Origin: an uncultured bacterium
Lineage (GTDB): Bacteria; Babelota; Babeliae; Babelales; JABCYS01
DNA: 64,000 nt
Direction: 5' to 3'
NCBI GenBank assembly: GCA_963705705.1
Contig: CAVPKK010000006.1
Coordinates: 96,001-160,000 of the forward strand
A program made the position numbers and the translations under genes. This document shows, one piece after another, positions 9,579 through 20,419 of this stretch (the stretch's first letter is position 1; each line of letters opens with the position of its first letter). The notes below the pieces were generated by a model. That model was not told the DNA's origin, made no database searches, and was given only the letters and a program-made list of their open reading frames with translations.

Positions 9579-9696
9579 GGTATTCCTTTTAAAAATGGTA
9601 TTTGTCATACCTTTATCTTAAAGAAATAGTCATGCGATGGGCAATAACCTATTGAAGGACAAGGAGAAAAAGCTTCTCGTGCGACATTTTTAGATT

Positions 9697-10419
9697 TTAC
9701 AACCGACAATAGATCAAAAACTCTTTATTGCCTGAGCTACCTTCGATAGGTGATTCAATAACATCGCTGCAGGTAAAACCTTCTTGTTCCAACTCTTTTT
9801 TTACTCGTTCGGTTACTTCGGCATGAATTTTCGGATCCTTAATAATACCGCCTGGCCCTACTTGCTCTTTGCCCGCTTCGAACTGCGGTTTGATGAGTGC
9901 AATGAGTTGGCCATTAGGCTTAATCAATTTTTTAACGGAATCAAGCACTTTAAGAAGCGAGATAAATGATAAGTCGAGTGTTACCAGGTCCACTAATTCT
10001 GGTAGATGATCCAGATGCCGAAGATTGGTCCGCTCGATAACTACTACACGCGGGTCATTACGAATTTTTTCATGAACCTGGCCGTAACCGACATCGACGC
10101 CATATATTTTGGCGGCGCCGCGCTGGAGTAAGCAATCGGTAAAACCACCCGTTGATAGCCCGGCATCCATAACTACAAGACCATGGACGTCGATATTAAA
10201 ATAATCCAAAGCACGTTCAAGTTTGTAACCGGCTCGAGAAACAAACTTTTGTTCGCTCAGCGCAACTTCTATTTTTGCATCATCCGCAACTTGTTGCCCC
10301 GGTTTGGTTGCTGGTTTACCGTCGACCGATACTTTGCCTTGCATTATGATGCTTTGGATTAAGGTGCGGCTGAGTTCGGGATGTTGTTTTTGGACTAATA
10401 TATCTAAGCGTGTTTTCAT
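9697..10419 (-). CDS. tlyA: TlyA family rRNA methyltransferase / hemolysin A
   Basis: S4 domain, FVSRAGYKL, DAGLSTGGFTDCLLQ, DLSFISL, KPQFE, GNKEF. Confidence 0.93.
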   Translation of the reverse strand: MKTRLDILVQKQHPELSRTLIQSIIMQGKVSVDGKPATKPGQQVADDAKIEVALSEQKFVSRAGYKLERALDYFNIDVHGLVVMDAGLSTGGFTDCLLQRGAAKIYGVDVGYGQVHEKIRNDPRVVVIERTNLRHLDHLPELVDLVTLDLSFISLLKVLDSVKKLIKPNGQLIALIKPQFEAGKEQVGPGGIIKDPKIHAEVTERVKKELEQEGFTCSDVIESPIEGSSGNKEFLIYCRL

Positions 10420-10421
10420 TA

Positions 10422-12095
10422 TTAGGCCATTCTCACGGGTGATGATTCTTGCTTAATATAGTTTTTCGCCAGCTGTTGGACCGTATTGGAAAGCGGATAA
10501 CGGTACAGTTGTGAGAAGCGAATCTCATCAACGATCGAACGTTCAAGCGGGAAGGCGACAAAGAGATTATTAGACGTTTTAAAATTGATAAACTTCTTGC
10601 CTGAGTCGACGATCATGGTGGTACGGAGATCTTCCAATGTTTTTACCTTCTTGCCATTCACTTCCGTTATTACCGAACCAATACCAATAGCACGTGATCG
10701 GTGTGCTTGTGAATCAGGGAAAAGATGCGTGATGACCAAGGCTGGTTCAAGTTGTTCTTTTGTTTCCCAATATTTAGAAAGCTCGCGCGCAACTTTTTCT
10801 AGCACAGTAACATGGTTCAAGGTGAGTGGCATGATTACCATGCCGCCGATAATTTCATAATCGATTGGCTCATAATCAGGATAAATCATGCGAATTGGTA
10901 GCTGTTCAGATAAGCCAAACGTGAGACTAATATCTTGACGCTTTCCTTGGCGATACAAAACAACACGCACATCGTGGCCGAGCTTTAGGCGGGAAACATA
11001 GTCGGAAATGGAAATTTTATCATCACTCCATGGCACATTCAGCTCGCCATAATTATCAATCTTATGGCCATCAATTTCATAGAGCATGTCGCCCATACGA
11101 ACGCCAGCTTTATCCATGAGACTTTTGTTGTATACCTCAACCACATACACGCCGCCCGGGGTAGGATTGCCCAAATATTCGGCAAGTGCATCGCTGGTAG
11201 TGACCGGCACAAAACCAAGGAATGGCCGATGTAGCAATGCGGTGCTGTGCAGATTGTCTAAAATAATTTTGAGTTCGTTGATCGGAATAATGTAATTAGC
11301 ATTTTGTGCGCCAACTATTGATGCTGAGTTCACGCCAATAACTTCGCCTAAACGATTAAGCGATGGACCGCCGGAACTGCCCGGGTTAATCGGCGCAGAC
11401 ATTTGAATAAAGTTTTGGCCAACAATACTCTCGCGTCCACTCACAATACCCGTGGTAGCTTTTAATGAATGTTGCCCAAGCGGATAGCCTAGCGCGATAA
11501 TTTCATCAGCTCGGTGAACAGAGTCGGAATCACCCATTGATAAATGAGGAATTGATCCAAGCGCGCTGCGAATGATCGCTTGGCTTTCTTTGGTAAGTTG
11601 CAAAAGTGCTAAATCGCGCTCAGGGCAAACACCAATTACATCAACATCGATAATGCGCTTGCCGAGTGAAGGTATTTGGATCCAAACCGAGCGAGCATTG
11701 TTTACCACGTGCCAGTTAGTAATGATTTTGCCGTCATCGGAAAGAATGAACCCACTTCCGAAACTTTGCCCTTGGTTAGGGGTGCGGTATGGTTGCAAAA
11801 GATCTATTTCTGCAATCTGGGAAAATATCTGGACAACGGTATCTTTCGCTTTTTGCTGCACACCGGCCCAACCTCCTGCAGTTGGCATTGATAAGGCGTT
11901 ATTAAGATCCGGCGCACTCATAATACTTGGGCGTTTGGTCGACGGCTCTATAAATAATTCTCGTTGCTCATTTACCAATGCGGCCAGTTGTTGCTGCAAT
12001 GTTACTTGCTGATGCCAAACAAAACCAATCGAAGTAAGTAAGATGCTGCAGACGAGGCAAAGGAAAATACCAAAACGCATACTCATAAAAAACAC
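10422..12095 (-). CDS. HtrA/DegP-like trypsin serine protease with PDZ domains
   Basis: GSGF, ITNWHVV, DLALL, INPGSSGGP; C-terminal PDZ-like regions; N-terminal TM. Confidence 0.88.
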   Translation of the reverse strand: MFFMSMRFGIFLCLVCSILLTSIGFVWHQQVTLQQQLAALVNEQRELFIEPSTKRPSIMSAPDLNNALSMPTAGGWAGVQQKAKDTVVQIFSQIAEIDLLQPYRTPNQGQSFGSGFILSDDGKIITNWHVVNNARSVWIQIPSLGKRIIDVDVIGVCPERDLALLQLTKESQAIIRSALGSIPHLSMGDSDSVHRADEIIALGYPLGQHSLKATTGIVSGRESIVGQNFIQMSAPINPGSSGGPSLNRLGEVIGVNSASIVGAQNANYIIPINELKIILDNLHSTALLHRPFLGFVPVTTSDALAEYLGNPTPGGVYVVEVYNKSLMDKAGVRMGDMLYEIDGHKIDNYGELNVPWSDDKISISDYVSRLKLGHDVRVVLYRQGKRQDISLTFGLSEQLPIRMIYPDYEPIDYEIIGGMVIMPLTLNHVTVLEKVARELSKYWETKEQLEPALVITHLFPDSQAHRSRAIGIGSVITEVNGKKVKTLEDLRTTMIVDSGKKFINFKTSNNLFVAFPLERSIVDEIRFSQLYRYPLSNTVQQLAKNYIKQESSPVRMA

Positions 12096-12212
12096 CCGTA
12101 TGTTAAAACCTGTAGGATGTTGAACACTAACATAGGCGGCCTGGTTTGCAAGTCCTTTGGGGGCGGAGTAAGCTGTCCCACTCAGAAAATAAAAATGATC
12201 ATTAAGTCTTTT

Positions 12213-12251
12213 TCGCGCTAGATCCTTCGATAATACTCAGGATGAGCGCGA
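12213..12251. repeat. Palindromic repeat family A copy
   Basis: TCGCGCTAGATCCTTCGATAATACTCAGGATGAGCGCGA, matches 60325-60361. Confidence 0.85.
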
Positions 12252-12297
12252 TGACGCTCCATCTCGGATAAAAGACTGGTATTTAAGGTTTAAAAGT

Positions 12298-13620
12298 ATG
12301 TCCTCGAATGCAAATACGACTCCAACACTCGAAGATATTGTTTCACTTTGTAAGCGCCGCGGATTTGTATATCCGTCAGCTGAAATTTATGGTGGCCTAA
12401 ATGGCGTCTATGATTTTGGACATTTAGGTACGCTGCTGAAGAAAAATATTCGTGCCGCTTGGTTGCAATCGATCCAACGTGCAATTCCTGATGGCCACGT
12501 TGTGCAATTTGAGGGGCCTATTCTTGGCCCAGAAGCTGTCTGGAAAGCATCGGGCCATGTGCAACATTTTCATGATCCCATGGTCGACTGCATGAATTGT
12601 AAGCATCGCTATCGCGCAGATGATATAGATTTAAATAAACCATGTCCGAACTGCGGCATTAAAGCCTGGACAGCGGTACGCGCATTCAACATGATGTTCA
12701 AAACACAGGTTGGCGCGGTTGAAGATGGTTCAGCCATTGCTTATTTACGCCCTGAAACCGCTCAGTCTATTTTTATCAATTTCAAAAATATCTATACCAC
12801 TACACGCGTTAAAATGCCGTTTGGGGTTTCACAAATTGGCAAGGCGTTTAGAAATGAAATTACGCCAAAACAATTTTTATTCCGCATGCGCGAATTTGAG
12901 CAAATGGAAATTGAGTGGTTTTGCAAAGAAGAGAATGCTCTGAATTTTTATGAGCAATGGCGTGCATCACGTTATGCATTCTATGAATATATCGGCATCA
13001 GAAAATCACATACACGCATACGTGCTCATGAAAAAGATGAGCTTGCGCACTACTCGACCGCTACATCGGACGTTGAGTACCAGTTTCCATTCGGCTGGAA
13101 AGAGTTGGAAGGTGTTGCATATCGCGGCAACTTTGATTTGCGACAACACAGCGAAGCTTCAGGAAAAGATCTTTCGGTCTTTGATGAAGAAACCCGAACT
13201 AGTTACATACCGCATGTGGTCGAATGCTCAGTTGGTGTTGATCGACTCTTTTTAACATTATTTTTTGATAGTTATTATGAGGATGTGGCCGAAGGCGAAA
13301 AACGTATCGCATTGCGCTTCCATCCACGGATTGCTCCATATAAGGCTGCATTCTTCCCGCTAACTAAAAAGCAAGAAGCGCAGATGAAACCCATTTACGA
13401 AAAAATAGCTAATGCTGGTTATTGCGTGTTATATGATGAATCAGGTTCTATTGGTAAGCGGTACCGCCGCCAAGATGAAATCGGCACCCCTGCTTGCTTT
13501 ACCTATGATTTTGAAAGTGATACCGACATGATGGTTACCGTTCGCGATCGTGATACGATGAAGCAGGAACGGATTGCTATTGATCGCATTGAGCAATATT
13601 TAGCAGACTTGTTGAAATAA
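12298..13620 (+). CDS. glyQS: Glycine--tRNA ligase, alpha2 homodimeric type
   Basis: KRRGFVYPSAEIYGG, YLRPETAQ, FRNEITP, REFEQMEIE, ELAHYS, SIGKRYRRQDEIGTP. Confidence 0.95.
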   Translation: MSSNANTTPTLEDIVSLCKRRGFVYPSAEIYGGLNGVYDFGHLGTLLKKNIRAAWLQSIQRAIPDGHVVQFEGPILGPEAVWKASGHVQHFHDPMVDCMNCKHRYRADDIDLNKPCPNCGIKAWTAVRAFNMMFKTQVGAVEDGSAIAYLRPETAQSIFINFKNIYTTTRVKMPFGVSQIGKAFRNEITPKQFLFRMREFEQMEIEWFCKEENALNFYEQWRASRYAFYEYIGIRKSHTRIRAHEKDELAHYSTATSDVEYQFPFGWKELEGVAYRGNFDLRQHSEASGKDLSVFDEETRTSYIPHVVECSVGVDRLFLTLFFDSYYEDVAEGEKRIALRFHPRIAPYKAAFFPLTKKQEAQMKPIYEKIANAGYCVLYDESGSIGKRYRRQDEIGTPACFTYDFESDTDMMVTVRDRDTMKQERIAIDRIEQYLADLLK

Positions 13621-13631
13621 AGGACGAGGGC

Positions 13632-14204
13632 ATGCTCAAGAAACTTTACAATTGGATCGGCACTCAAGTGCACACACCATATGCCGAACCAGGACTTGCC
13701 TTACTCTCATTTCTTGAATCATTGATCTTCCCGCCAGTGGCGCCAGTACTGATTTTATTCTGCGTTGAAAATCGACCAAGGGCATACCGCTATGCTGCCA
13801 TAGCGACTATCTGCTCTGTCATCGGTGGTGTCGTTGCCTTTTATATTGGCTTTGCTTTGTGGGAAACAGTTGGCCAACAGCTGGTCAAAGCTATTACCAC
13901 ACCAGAAACATTTAACCAAGTAGTTACACAGTTCAAACAATATCAAACATTGGCTGTGCTCATCGGCTCGTTTACACCGGTTCCGTATAAGTTACTTGGT
14001 GTTACCGCTGGTTTTTGCCAATTATCATTGGTTGGCTTTATTACGTATTCCCTCATAGGCCGGGCGGCGCGTTACTTTTTACTCGCACTTGCATTGAATT
14101 ATTGGGGTGTCGAAATTAAATCGATTATTGATCGTTGGTTTTATCAGTTGGTTCTGCTGTTTGTAGTATTTGTTGCAGCAGGGCTTTATTTGATGCGAAT
14201 ATGA
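13632..14204 (+). CDS. YqaA/DedA (VTT domain) membrane protein
   Basis: SFLESLIFP, SVIGG, FTPVPYK, GRAARY. Confidence 0.85.
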   Translation: MLKKLYNWIGTQVHTPYAEPGLALLSFLESLIFPPVAPVLILFCVENRPRAYRYAAIATICSVIGGVVAFYIGFALWETVGQQLVKAITTPETFNQVVTQFKQYQTLAVLIGSFTPVPYKLLGVTAGFCQLSLVGFITYSLIGRAARYFLLALALNYWGVEIKSIIDRWFYQLVLLFVVFVAAGLYLMRI

Positions 14205-14217
14205 TCCAGGTACATGT

Positions 14218-16056
14218 ATGCACGTAGGTAGTTTACGTTCTATTGTTACAGCCCTTCCGGCAAACTTCAAAGATAGTATCAAATCACTTGGTATTGTTTT
14301 TGGGGATATCGGCACCAGTCCGATTTATACTTTATATGTAGTATTTCTGCTCATCCAACCGACCATGTTCAACATTCTGGGCGTTCTCTCGCTCATTGTT
14401 TGGACACTCATTACCATTGTAACTATCCAATACGCTTGGTTGGCAATGAGTTTGAGCCAAAAAGGTGAGGGCGGCACCATCGTATTGCGCGAAATTCTTG
14501 CGCCAATGCTATCAACTCGGATGGCAGCTCTCGTTACATTTTTATCGATTGTTGGTATTTCATTCTTAGTAGGTGACGGTGTAATCACGCCGGCAATCAG
14601 TATTTTGTCGGCTGTTGAAGGTTTGCGATTAATACCAACATGGGAATATATCAACCAAAACTTGCTCATGCTGATCGCCTGTATAATTGCTGTCGGCCTT
14701 TTTATTTTCCAACGCAAAGGCACTGAAACTGTGTCGGTTGCTTTTGGCCCCATAATGGTTATTTGGTTTTTAGCCCTCGGGATTTCAGGATTCAGAGCCA
14801 TCCTTACCAATCCTTCAGTTCTCTGGGCGCTCAGCCCAACACATGCTGTTACGTACGTGATGACCGCGCCATGGACAAGTATGATCGTTCTTTCAAAGGT
14901 TATTTTATGCGCCACCGGCGGAGAGGCTCTTTATGCTGACATGGGGCATTTGGGGCGACTACCAATTATTCGCGCCTGGGGCTTTGCTTTTGTATTTTTG
15001 GTACTCAATTATCTTGGTCAAGGCGCCTTCTTAAGCTTGCATCCGCAAAGTGAATATATTTTTTACGAGATGTTTTATGATCAAGCACCCTCATTGTATG
15101 TGCCATTTCTTTTACTCAGCATCGTAGCCACTGTCATCGCATCACAAGCAATGATCAGTGGTATTTTTTCCATTGTATATCAAGGTATAACAACCAACCT
15201 TATGCCGAAGCTCAAGGTTGATTACACATCACGCAAACTGCGTTCGCAAATTTACATTCCGTTTATTAATTGGTCCTTGCTGATCTTGGTAATTATTGCG
15301 ATTTTAAAGTTCCGCGAATCGGCCAATCTAGCCAATGCCTATGGCTTAGCAGCCATCTGCACCATGACCATCACTAGCATCATGATCACCACTATTTTTT
15401 GGCTCAAGCGACAGTATTTCAAAGCAGTGGTTGCCATTGGCACGATGTTCATTAATGCATTGTATTTAGCTGCCAGCATTTCCAAAATACCATACGGCGG
15501 TTACTGGTCGATCGTTATTGCGATGATTCCGCTGAGTATTATTCTGATTTACACCGCTGGAAAACATCGACTATATAATCTTATTCGGCCAAAAACATTG
15601 CGAGAGTTTGTAGATCGTTATGAGCGCACCATCGTTGATGCAACGCGCATCCCCGGCACTGGACTCTTTCTTTCAAAAGGTGTTACGCGAATACCTTCCT
15701 ACATGGTACATATCATGTTTACCAACCAGATCATGTATGAAGATAATGTGATCGTATCGGTTGCTACGCAGGATAAGCCATTTGGTGTTACTGCCTCCTT
15801 CACCCAACAACTCGCACCGGGTTTACGCCTCTTCGAGATTCGTATGGGCTACATGGAAATAATGAATCTGGCAAAGATTTTGAAAATGGCCAATATTGAT
15901 CCGAAAGTTATTTTCTACGGGCAAGAAGAGATTGAAACGCGCAACGCATTCTGGAAAATTTTCTCCGTGATCAAAAAGCTCACACCTTCATTCGTGCAAT
16001 TCTATAAACTCCCGACCAACAAACTCCATGGCGTTTTAATGCGTGTCGAAATGTAA
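14218..16056 (+). CDS. kup: KUP/HAK/KT potassium transporter
   Basis: LGIVFGDIGTSPIY, GEGG, GDGVITPAISILSAVEG, TGGEALYADMGH, QIYIP. Confidence 0.95.
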   Translation: MHVGSLRSIVTALPANFKDSIKSLGIVFGDIGTSPIYTLYVVFLLIQPTMFNILGVLSLIVWTLITIVTIQYAWLAMSLSQKGEGGTIVLREILAPMLSTRMAALVTFLSIVGISFLVGDGVITPAISILSAVEGLRLIPTWEYINQNLLMLIACIIAVGLFIFQRKGTETVSVAFGPIMVIWFLALGISGFRAILTNPSVLWALSPTHAVTYVMTAPWTSMIVLSKVILCATGGEALYADMGHLGRLPIIRAWGFAFVFLVLNYLGQGAFLSLHPQSEYIFYEMFYDQAPSLYVPFLLLSIVATVIASQAMISGIFSIVYQGITTNLMPKLKVDYTSRKLRSQIYIPFINWSLLILVIIAILKFRESANLANAYGLAAICTMTITSIMITTIFWLKRQYFKAVVAIGTMFINALYLAASISKIPYGGYWSIVIAMIPLSIILIYTAGKHRLYNLIRPKTLREFVDRYERTIVDATRIPGTGLFLSKGVTRIPSYMVHIMFTNQIMYEDNVIVSVATQDKPFGVTASFTQQLAPGLRLFEIRMGYMEIMNLAKILKMANIDPKVIFYGQEEIETRNAFWKIFSVIKKLTPSFVQFYKLPTNKLHGVLMRVEM

Positions 16057-16145
16057 CCAGGGCCGCCCACTAAGCACTCGCTGGCTTCGTAGTCAAGTCA
16101 TATTTACAATATTGTTTAAGTCATTTATGAACGGCAAAAAAAAAG

Positions 16146-16431
16146 TCCTTCATAGATCAAATTGGTGGACCTTTTCTTAGATTGCTCATATAAGTGCACA
16201 GGCAAATAGCCAATTTGACGCGAAGATCCGCGTCGTTCAAATGGGCCAGAAAGCAGGTAGGCGTGCCTTGAAAAACGATGTCAAAAAGTACCAAATTTGC
16301 ACTGCCTGTAACGAAAGCAACCATCATCCATCTTTAACTTTGCACAATCTGAAAGAAAATGGTCGATTTTGCCCAAAAAATTCGAAAGTCGCCGGACAAC
16401 CTTTTGACGACAAATTTCAACGATTTAGATT
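16146..16431 (+). promoter_or_regulatory. Conserved upstream cassette copy 1 (phased motifs plus TTGACG-16-TAGATT)
   Basis: gapless alignment to 57181-57443. Confidence 0.75.
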
Positions 16432-16568
16432 AATAGAACATTGCGCTTGACCCGACCTGTTGCAATAACACAATCACGGATTGAACGATTGAAGGCACAA
16501 CGAGAACCCGCGGTCGTCAAATCTGATGTTGCAGCAGCTGATTAATATGAAATAACCGGAAAAAACCC

Positions 16569-17936
16569 ATGCAGAAGACAATTAAATTACTCTCACTTTT
16601 CTGTTCCATCATACTGCTCGCTACCACTAACTTACACGCTCTTTATGAAAACATGAGGATATTTAAAAGGGTTGAAGATGGTAAGACCTATTATCTCTAT
16701 TGTCTAAGCGATAGACACGGAACAGCACTCCTCAAGCAAGCCAGCAATCTGGTAAAATATTTTCCACACCTAAGGCCGCTCGTAGTAGAACAACAAGAAC
16801 CATTTATCGACGCCCTTAATAATTGCTCAAAGCGGCAAGGGGATGCCTTGTCACAGTTCATACGAAAACTTAACCCAAACAGCTTCCTTTTAATTGATGA
16901 AGATATGGGCAGTTATACAGGTGATAATCCACTCTTTTCAAAATATGCGAAAGAAGTTCGCGTCAGCCATTTTATGGCTGGTATCTTTGACAGCAGCGCA
17001 TTAACAACTCATTTATTTGAGCAATGCAAATGGCCAATAAGAAATGCTGAATGTCGCTTTTATAATGAAGAACTTGCAAAGAAAAAAGCTATTGGTGGTA
17101 TCGGTTGGGATTCAGATTATAAAAATACAGTCAACCAACTAACTGACGAAGCAGAAAAGCTTATTGCCCCAGAAACTCTAAAAAAGTTTGTTGGACAATG
17201 CCTTGCAGATGTAAAGGATGAATTTGTTAAATGGGCGATGTATCCTATACCATATAATGTTCCATTGGTTGCCAATGGCTTAGTGAACGCACGCATGACA
17301 ATACTTATTTGGCAAAACCGCCAAACACCGCACATATTTGTATCCTGCGGCAAAGACCACGTTGACCATATTGTTCCGGAGCTGCCCCATCTAGGATATG
17401 AGGAACTATTCGTTGTCGACAATATGCTTGAGAAAGAAACTAAGCCAGGCCTAGAAGATTTAGCAAATGATCGTGAAAAAGTAATTCATTATCACATGAA
17501 AAAGCTTTCCCCAGAATTTTTGCAGAAAAACGGTATAAATCTGGCAGATGCTTTTAATTCTTTTATACAGCAAGAAGATTTACGCCTAACTTCAAACACA
17601 ATCCAAGAATCGAAAGAAAAATTCATTGAACTACCTGATACACCGCTAGTAAAAAGTATAAAATTGCTCAATAAGTTAACGCCGGATGTAGAACAGCTTG
17701 TATCACTACTTAACGCTCTTACTGGATTAAAGAAATCAATAACTTCCGATCAAAAATTGGTCGAAACTAATAATTCTGCATGTGGAAATTGTAAAGCGAA
17801 AGATGCTCCTTTGCGCTGCACACAATGCAAATCAACAAACTATTGTAATAAAGAATGCCAACAAGCTCATTGGAAAACGCACAAGAAAACATGCAAGATG
17901 CTGGCCGCTTCCTTCAAATCACCGCCAAATTCCTAA
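16569..17936 (+). CDS. Secreted protein with TraB/TIKI-like domain and C-terminal MYND zinc finger
   Basis: signal peptide; CGNC..CTQC..YCNKECQQAHWKTHKKTC MYND; LSDRH/LIDE/CGKDH motifs. Confidence 0.8.
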   Translation: MQKTIKLLSLFCSIILLATTNLHALYENMRIFKRVEDGKTYYLYCLSDRHGTALLKQASNLVKYFPHLRPLVVEQQEPFIDALNNCSKRQGDALSQFIRKLNPNSFLLIDEDMGSYTGDNPLFSKYAKEVRVSHFMAGIFDSSALTTHLFEQCKWPIRNAECRFYNEELAKKKAIGGIGWDSDYKNTVNQLTDEAEKLIAPETLKKFVGQCLADVKDEFVKWAMYPIPYNVPLVANGLVNARMTILIWQNRQTPHIFVSCGKDHVDHIVPELPHLGYEELFVVDNMLEKETKPGLEDLANDREKVIHYHMKKLSPEFLQKNGINLADAFNSFIQQEDLRLTSNTIQESKEKFIELPDTPLVKSIKLLNKLTPDVEQLVSLLNALTGLKKSITSDQKLVETNNSACGNCKAKDAPLRCTQCKSTNYCNKECQQAHWKTHKKTCKMLAASFKSPPNS

Positions 17937-17951
17937 ACTTGCCCGAAACAG

Positions 17952-18110
17952 CAAAAATTGCACTGCCTGTAACATCACATGCTCTGTTCTTGATGCAAAA
18001 ATGAACAAGCTGAATGAAAACCACCAAATTTTCGCAAAAAAGCTCAGATCTGCCGCAGCGGCTTTTGACCGGTTAAAGGTAGGAATCTAAACTGGCCAGT
18101 ATCATTCAAA
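17952..18110 (+). promoter_or_regulatory. Conserved upstream cassette copy 2, 3' half (TTGACC-17-TAAACT)
   Basis: TTGCACTGCCTGTAAC-36-CTGAATGAAAA-15-AAAAAA-21-TTTTGAC, same spacing as other copies. Confidence 0.75.
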
Positions 18111-18136
18111 ATATATCATTCATAATGGAGCGGAAT

Positions 18137-19717
18137 ATGCATATCTTTAGAAGCCTATCATTAGGTTTAATCTTACTCATCATCCCTATCGCCCTTCTCT
18201 CATCCAGTAACCCTGCACGAACATTGCAAGAAATTCGTCGTGAGTTTGGTATTCCAGCCCAAATGAACCAAGCAACTAATTCTGCCACACAAGCAGCCGC
18301 TCCATTTTCTTCTGTTTCTCAGGAGGAACAAGAGGAGAAAAAACAAGAAAGAGATATAGATCAACAATCAACAACACATGCAGATCAATCACAATCGTAT
18401 GCAATTGGTGAAATCCAAACTGTTCCTAGTGAAAAACAAAAAGACCGCGAAGACCACAAAGAAGCGATAGTAGCTTCGCATCAAACAAGCGTGCCTAATG
18501 AATTTCGCACCATGGATCCAAGATTAAAGTCTAATGATGTACAAGACGGGTTAATAGTTGCAGCTGCCACCAATAATATCCGATTACTCAAACTATATCT
18601 CAAGCAGATTGATATGTTGGCTCCAATAATCCTGTGTGGCCCAGAATTTGATATCGATAGGCGCCCAGTCTCATTTTTTTTAGATATGCATGTTCAAATT
18701 AATGCACGGAAATTGGCATTGCATTTATTCAAAGGCAGCATTATCCGTCCATCACGCGTATCACTTAACGAGGGATCGGTATCGTTAACTCGTGCAATTG
18801 AAGCTGGTCGGCTTGAAATATTTACGCTCCTGCCGGGAAATGCATTGTCACTGGCAGCAATTTTAGGTCACATCGAAGCTGTTGAAATATTTCTTGATAC
18901 CAACAATTGGTTCGAATGCTCAGAAAGCTTAGCTTCAATCTCGGAAGCAGCATTGGTTTATCTACTACTCTGGTCAGACTTGGTTACAGAGCCTGCCTAC
19001 GAAAAGATCGCAGAGGAATTATTATTCCAAGCCAAGATTAACCATGGCAATTACCCTGCCATTGCGCGTAGACTTTTGCAAGAGCTGACGCGTCGCGTAA
19101 ATAGCAATTTTTTGCCAAGGCGAAAAAGCGTCTATAGGAAAATAACAGGCTTGCTTCATATGGCCATGGTACACGGATCAACAGACATGCTAAAACTTAT
19201 TGCAGAAACTTTTAGAAATGTGCCTGACGCACATACTAATTTTGCACCACATGCAAATCGCATTCCATTGATTCCGGATGATATGGCAGAGGATACCGTT
19301 TGCGGCGAAAAACTTGGATTGTTGTTATCGCTGAACCTTGATCCTATTTCTTTTGCCTACCAAATGACTCATAAAATGACTGCCGATGCGCCACGAAATC
19401 CGCGCCTACTTTCGCGACTTAAGAAATTTATTCGCAGACGGCACACTCAACGAGAGGCGACTAGGGCGCTCATGGATCCATATCTTCCGCCAGTGCTGAC
19501 CGAAATTGTGGCAGACTATTCATTACCGCAAGTAACTAAAGAAGCTAAAAAGCAAATTATGGCAATGCGGCCGGCTGTACAGTGGAACCTAGACATCGAT
19601 GACGATTTCGGGCCAGCGATTGAGCTAATAGAACAGGAAGCGCAAACAGAAGCCGAGCAGCGGGCTGCGAGTGAACAGCGAATGGCGATGCAGGAAAGAA
19701 AGAGCCGCGAAAAATAA
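18137..19717 (+). CDS. Secreted putative effector, degenerate ankyrin-like repeats and F-box-like motif; paralog of 57495-59651
   Basis: signal peptide, ALSLAAILGH, YLPPVLTEIVADY; motifs shared with paralog. Confidence 0.7.
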   Translation: MHIFRSLSLGLILLIIPIALLSSSNPARTLQEIRREFGIPAQMNQATNSATQAAAPFSSVSQEEQEEKKQERDIDQQSTTHADQSQSYAIGEIQTVPSEKQKDREDHKEAIVASHQTSVPNEFRTMDPRLKSNDVQDGLIVAAATNNIRLLKLYLKQIDMLAPIILCGPEFDIDRRPVSFFLDMHVQINARKLALHLFKGSIIRPSRVSLNEGSVSLTRAIEAGRLEIFTLLPGNALSLAAILGHIEAVEIFLDTNNWFECSESLASISEAALVYLLLWSDLVTEPAYEKIAEELLFQAKINHGNYPAIARRLLQELTRRVNSNFLPRRKSVYRKITGLLHMAMVHGSTDMLKLIAETFRNVPDAHTNFAPHANRIPLIPDDMAEDTVCGEKLGLLLSLNLDPISFAYQMTHKMTADAPRNPRLLSRLKKFIRRRHTQREATRALMDPYLPPVLTEIVADYSLPQVTKEAKKQIMAMRPAVQWNLDIDDDFGPAIELIEQEAQTEAEQRAASEQRMAMQERKSREK

Positions 19718-19723
19718 TCTATT

Positions 19724-20419
19724 TCACGTTATTTGCTTCTGCCAAATAGCCAACCTATTTTCCATCTCTCGTTTAGTATCAACCTGCGTCCATGCCAAAT
19801 GTATACGCATGGCAGATAGGCGTTCATAGCCAAAATGCCGCCACATGGAATCAAGTGATTTGTAATCTGATGGTCTCAGCGAATGATCATCAGGCCGCTC
19901 AACGGTCATCAGTACTGTATATTTATAGCCTTCTTTTCGCGCCTTATCTTCGTGAAATTCAAGAAATTTTCTCATAAATCCTTGGCCGCGGTATTCCGGA
20001 TATAGCATCACTTCGCCGATGTATAAGTAATCATTAAGATTCAACCCTTGCCGCTCAAATGGCGCTTTAAGTTCAGCCGATTCTTCTGCCAAGGGTATGG
20101 AATTGGAAAAGCCGACAACTTTGTCATTATCGAATACCAGCAAAACGACGGCGTTGGCCGAGCGAAAATAGGTTTCCAGATATTCCCGTTCATATTCCTG
20201 GCTGCCTTCATACAAATAGGGATATTCGCGGAATAGTGTAATGCGGATCCGCGCAATCTCCTCAAAATATTTTTTTGCCTCGTGGCCTGCTAATGCCGCC
20301 ATACGAATATTTTCTGGTCTTGATGATTCCATAGTTTTTCTTTGCATAGAGCATTGAGCAATTCCCGGCACAAGCATATGACATGCAAATACTAATGATA
20401 AAAATTTGTTCGTTGTCAT
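19724..20419 (-). CDS. GNAT family N-acetyltransferase
   Basis: RITLFREYPYLYEG, YIGEVMLYPEYRGQG, LDSMWRHFGY. Confidence 0.85.
   Translation of the reverse strand: MTTNKFLSLVFACHMLVPGIAQCSMQRKTMESSRPENIRMAALAGHEAKKYFEEIARIRITLFREYPYLYEGSQEYEREYLETYFRSANAVVLLVFDNDKVVGFSNSIPLAEESAELKAPFERQGLNLNDYLYIGEVMLYPEYRGQGFMRKFLEFHEDKARKEGYKYTVLMTVERPDDHSLRPSDYKSLDSMWRHFGYERLSAMRIHLAWTQVDTKREMENRLAIWQKQIT

Noticed and set aside
4037..9608. tRNA-anchored genomic island or prophage
   Set aside because: No integrase, no duplicated tRNA 3' end, no phage genes; the accessory genes lie upstream of the tRNAs
16241..16450. Small ORFs with CTACN inside the conserved cassette (also 17782-18090 and near 57300-57465)
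   Set aside because: The 57 kb copy has a stop at 57294 and no start codon, the 18 kb ORF starts inside the MYND gene, and amino acids between blocks are not conserved; conservation fits DNA motifs better
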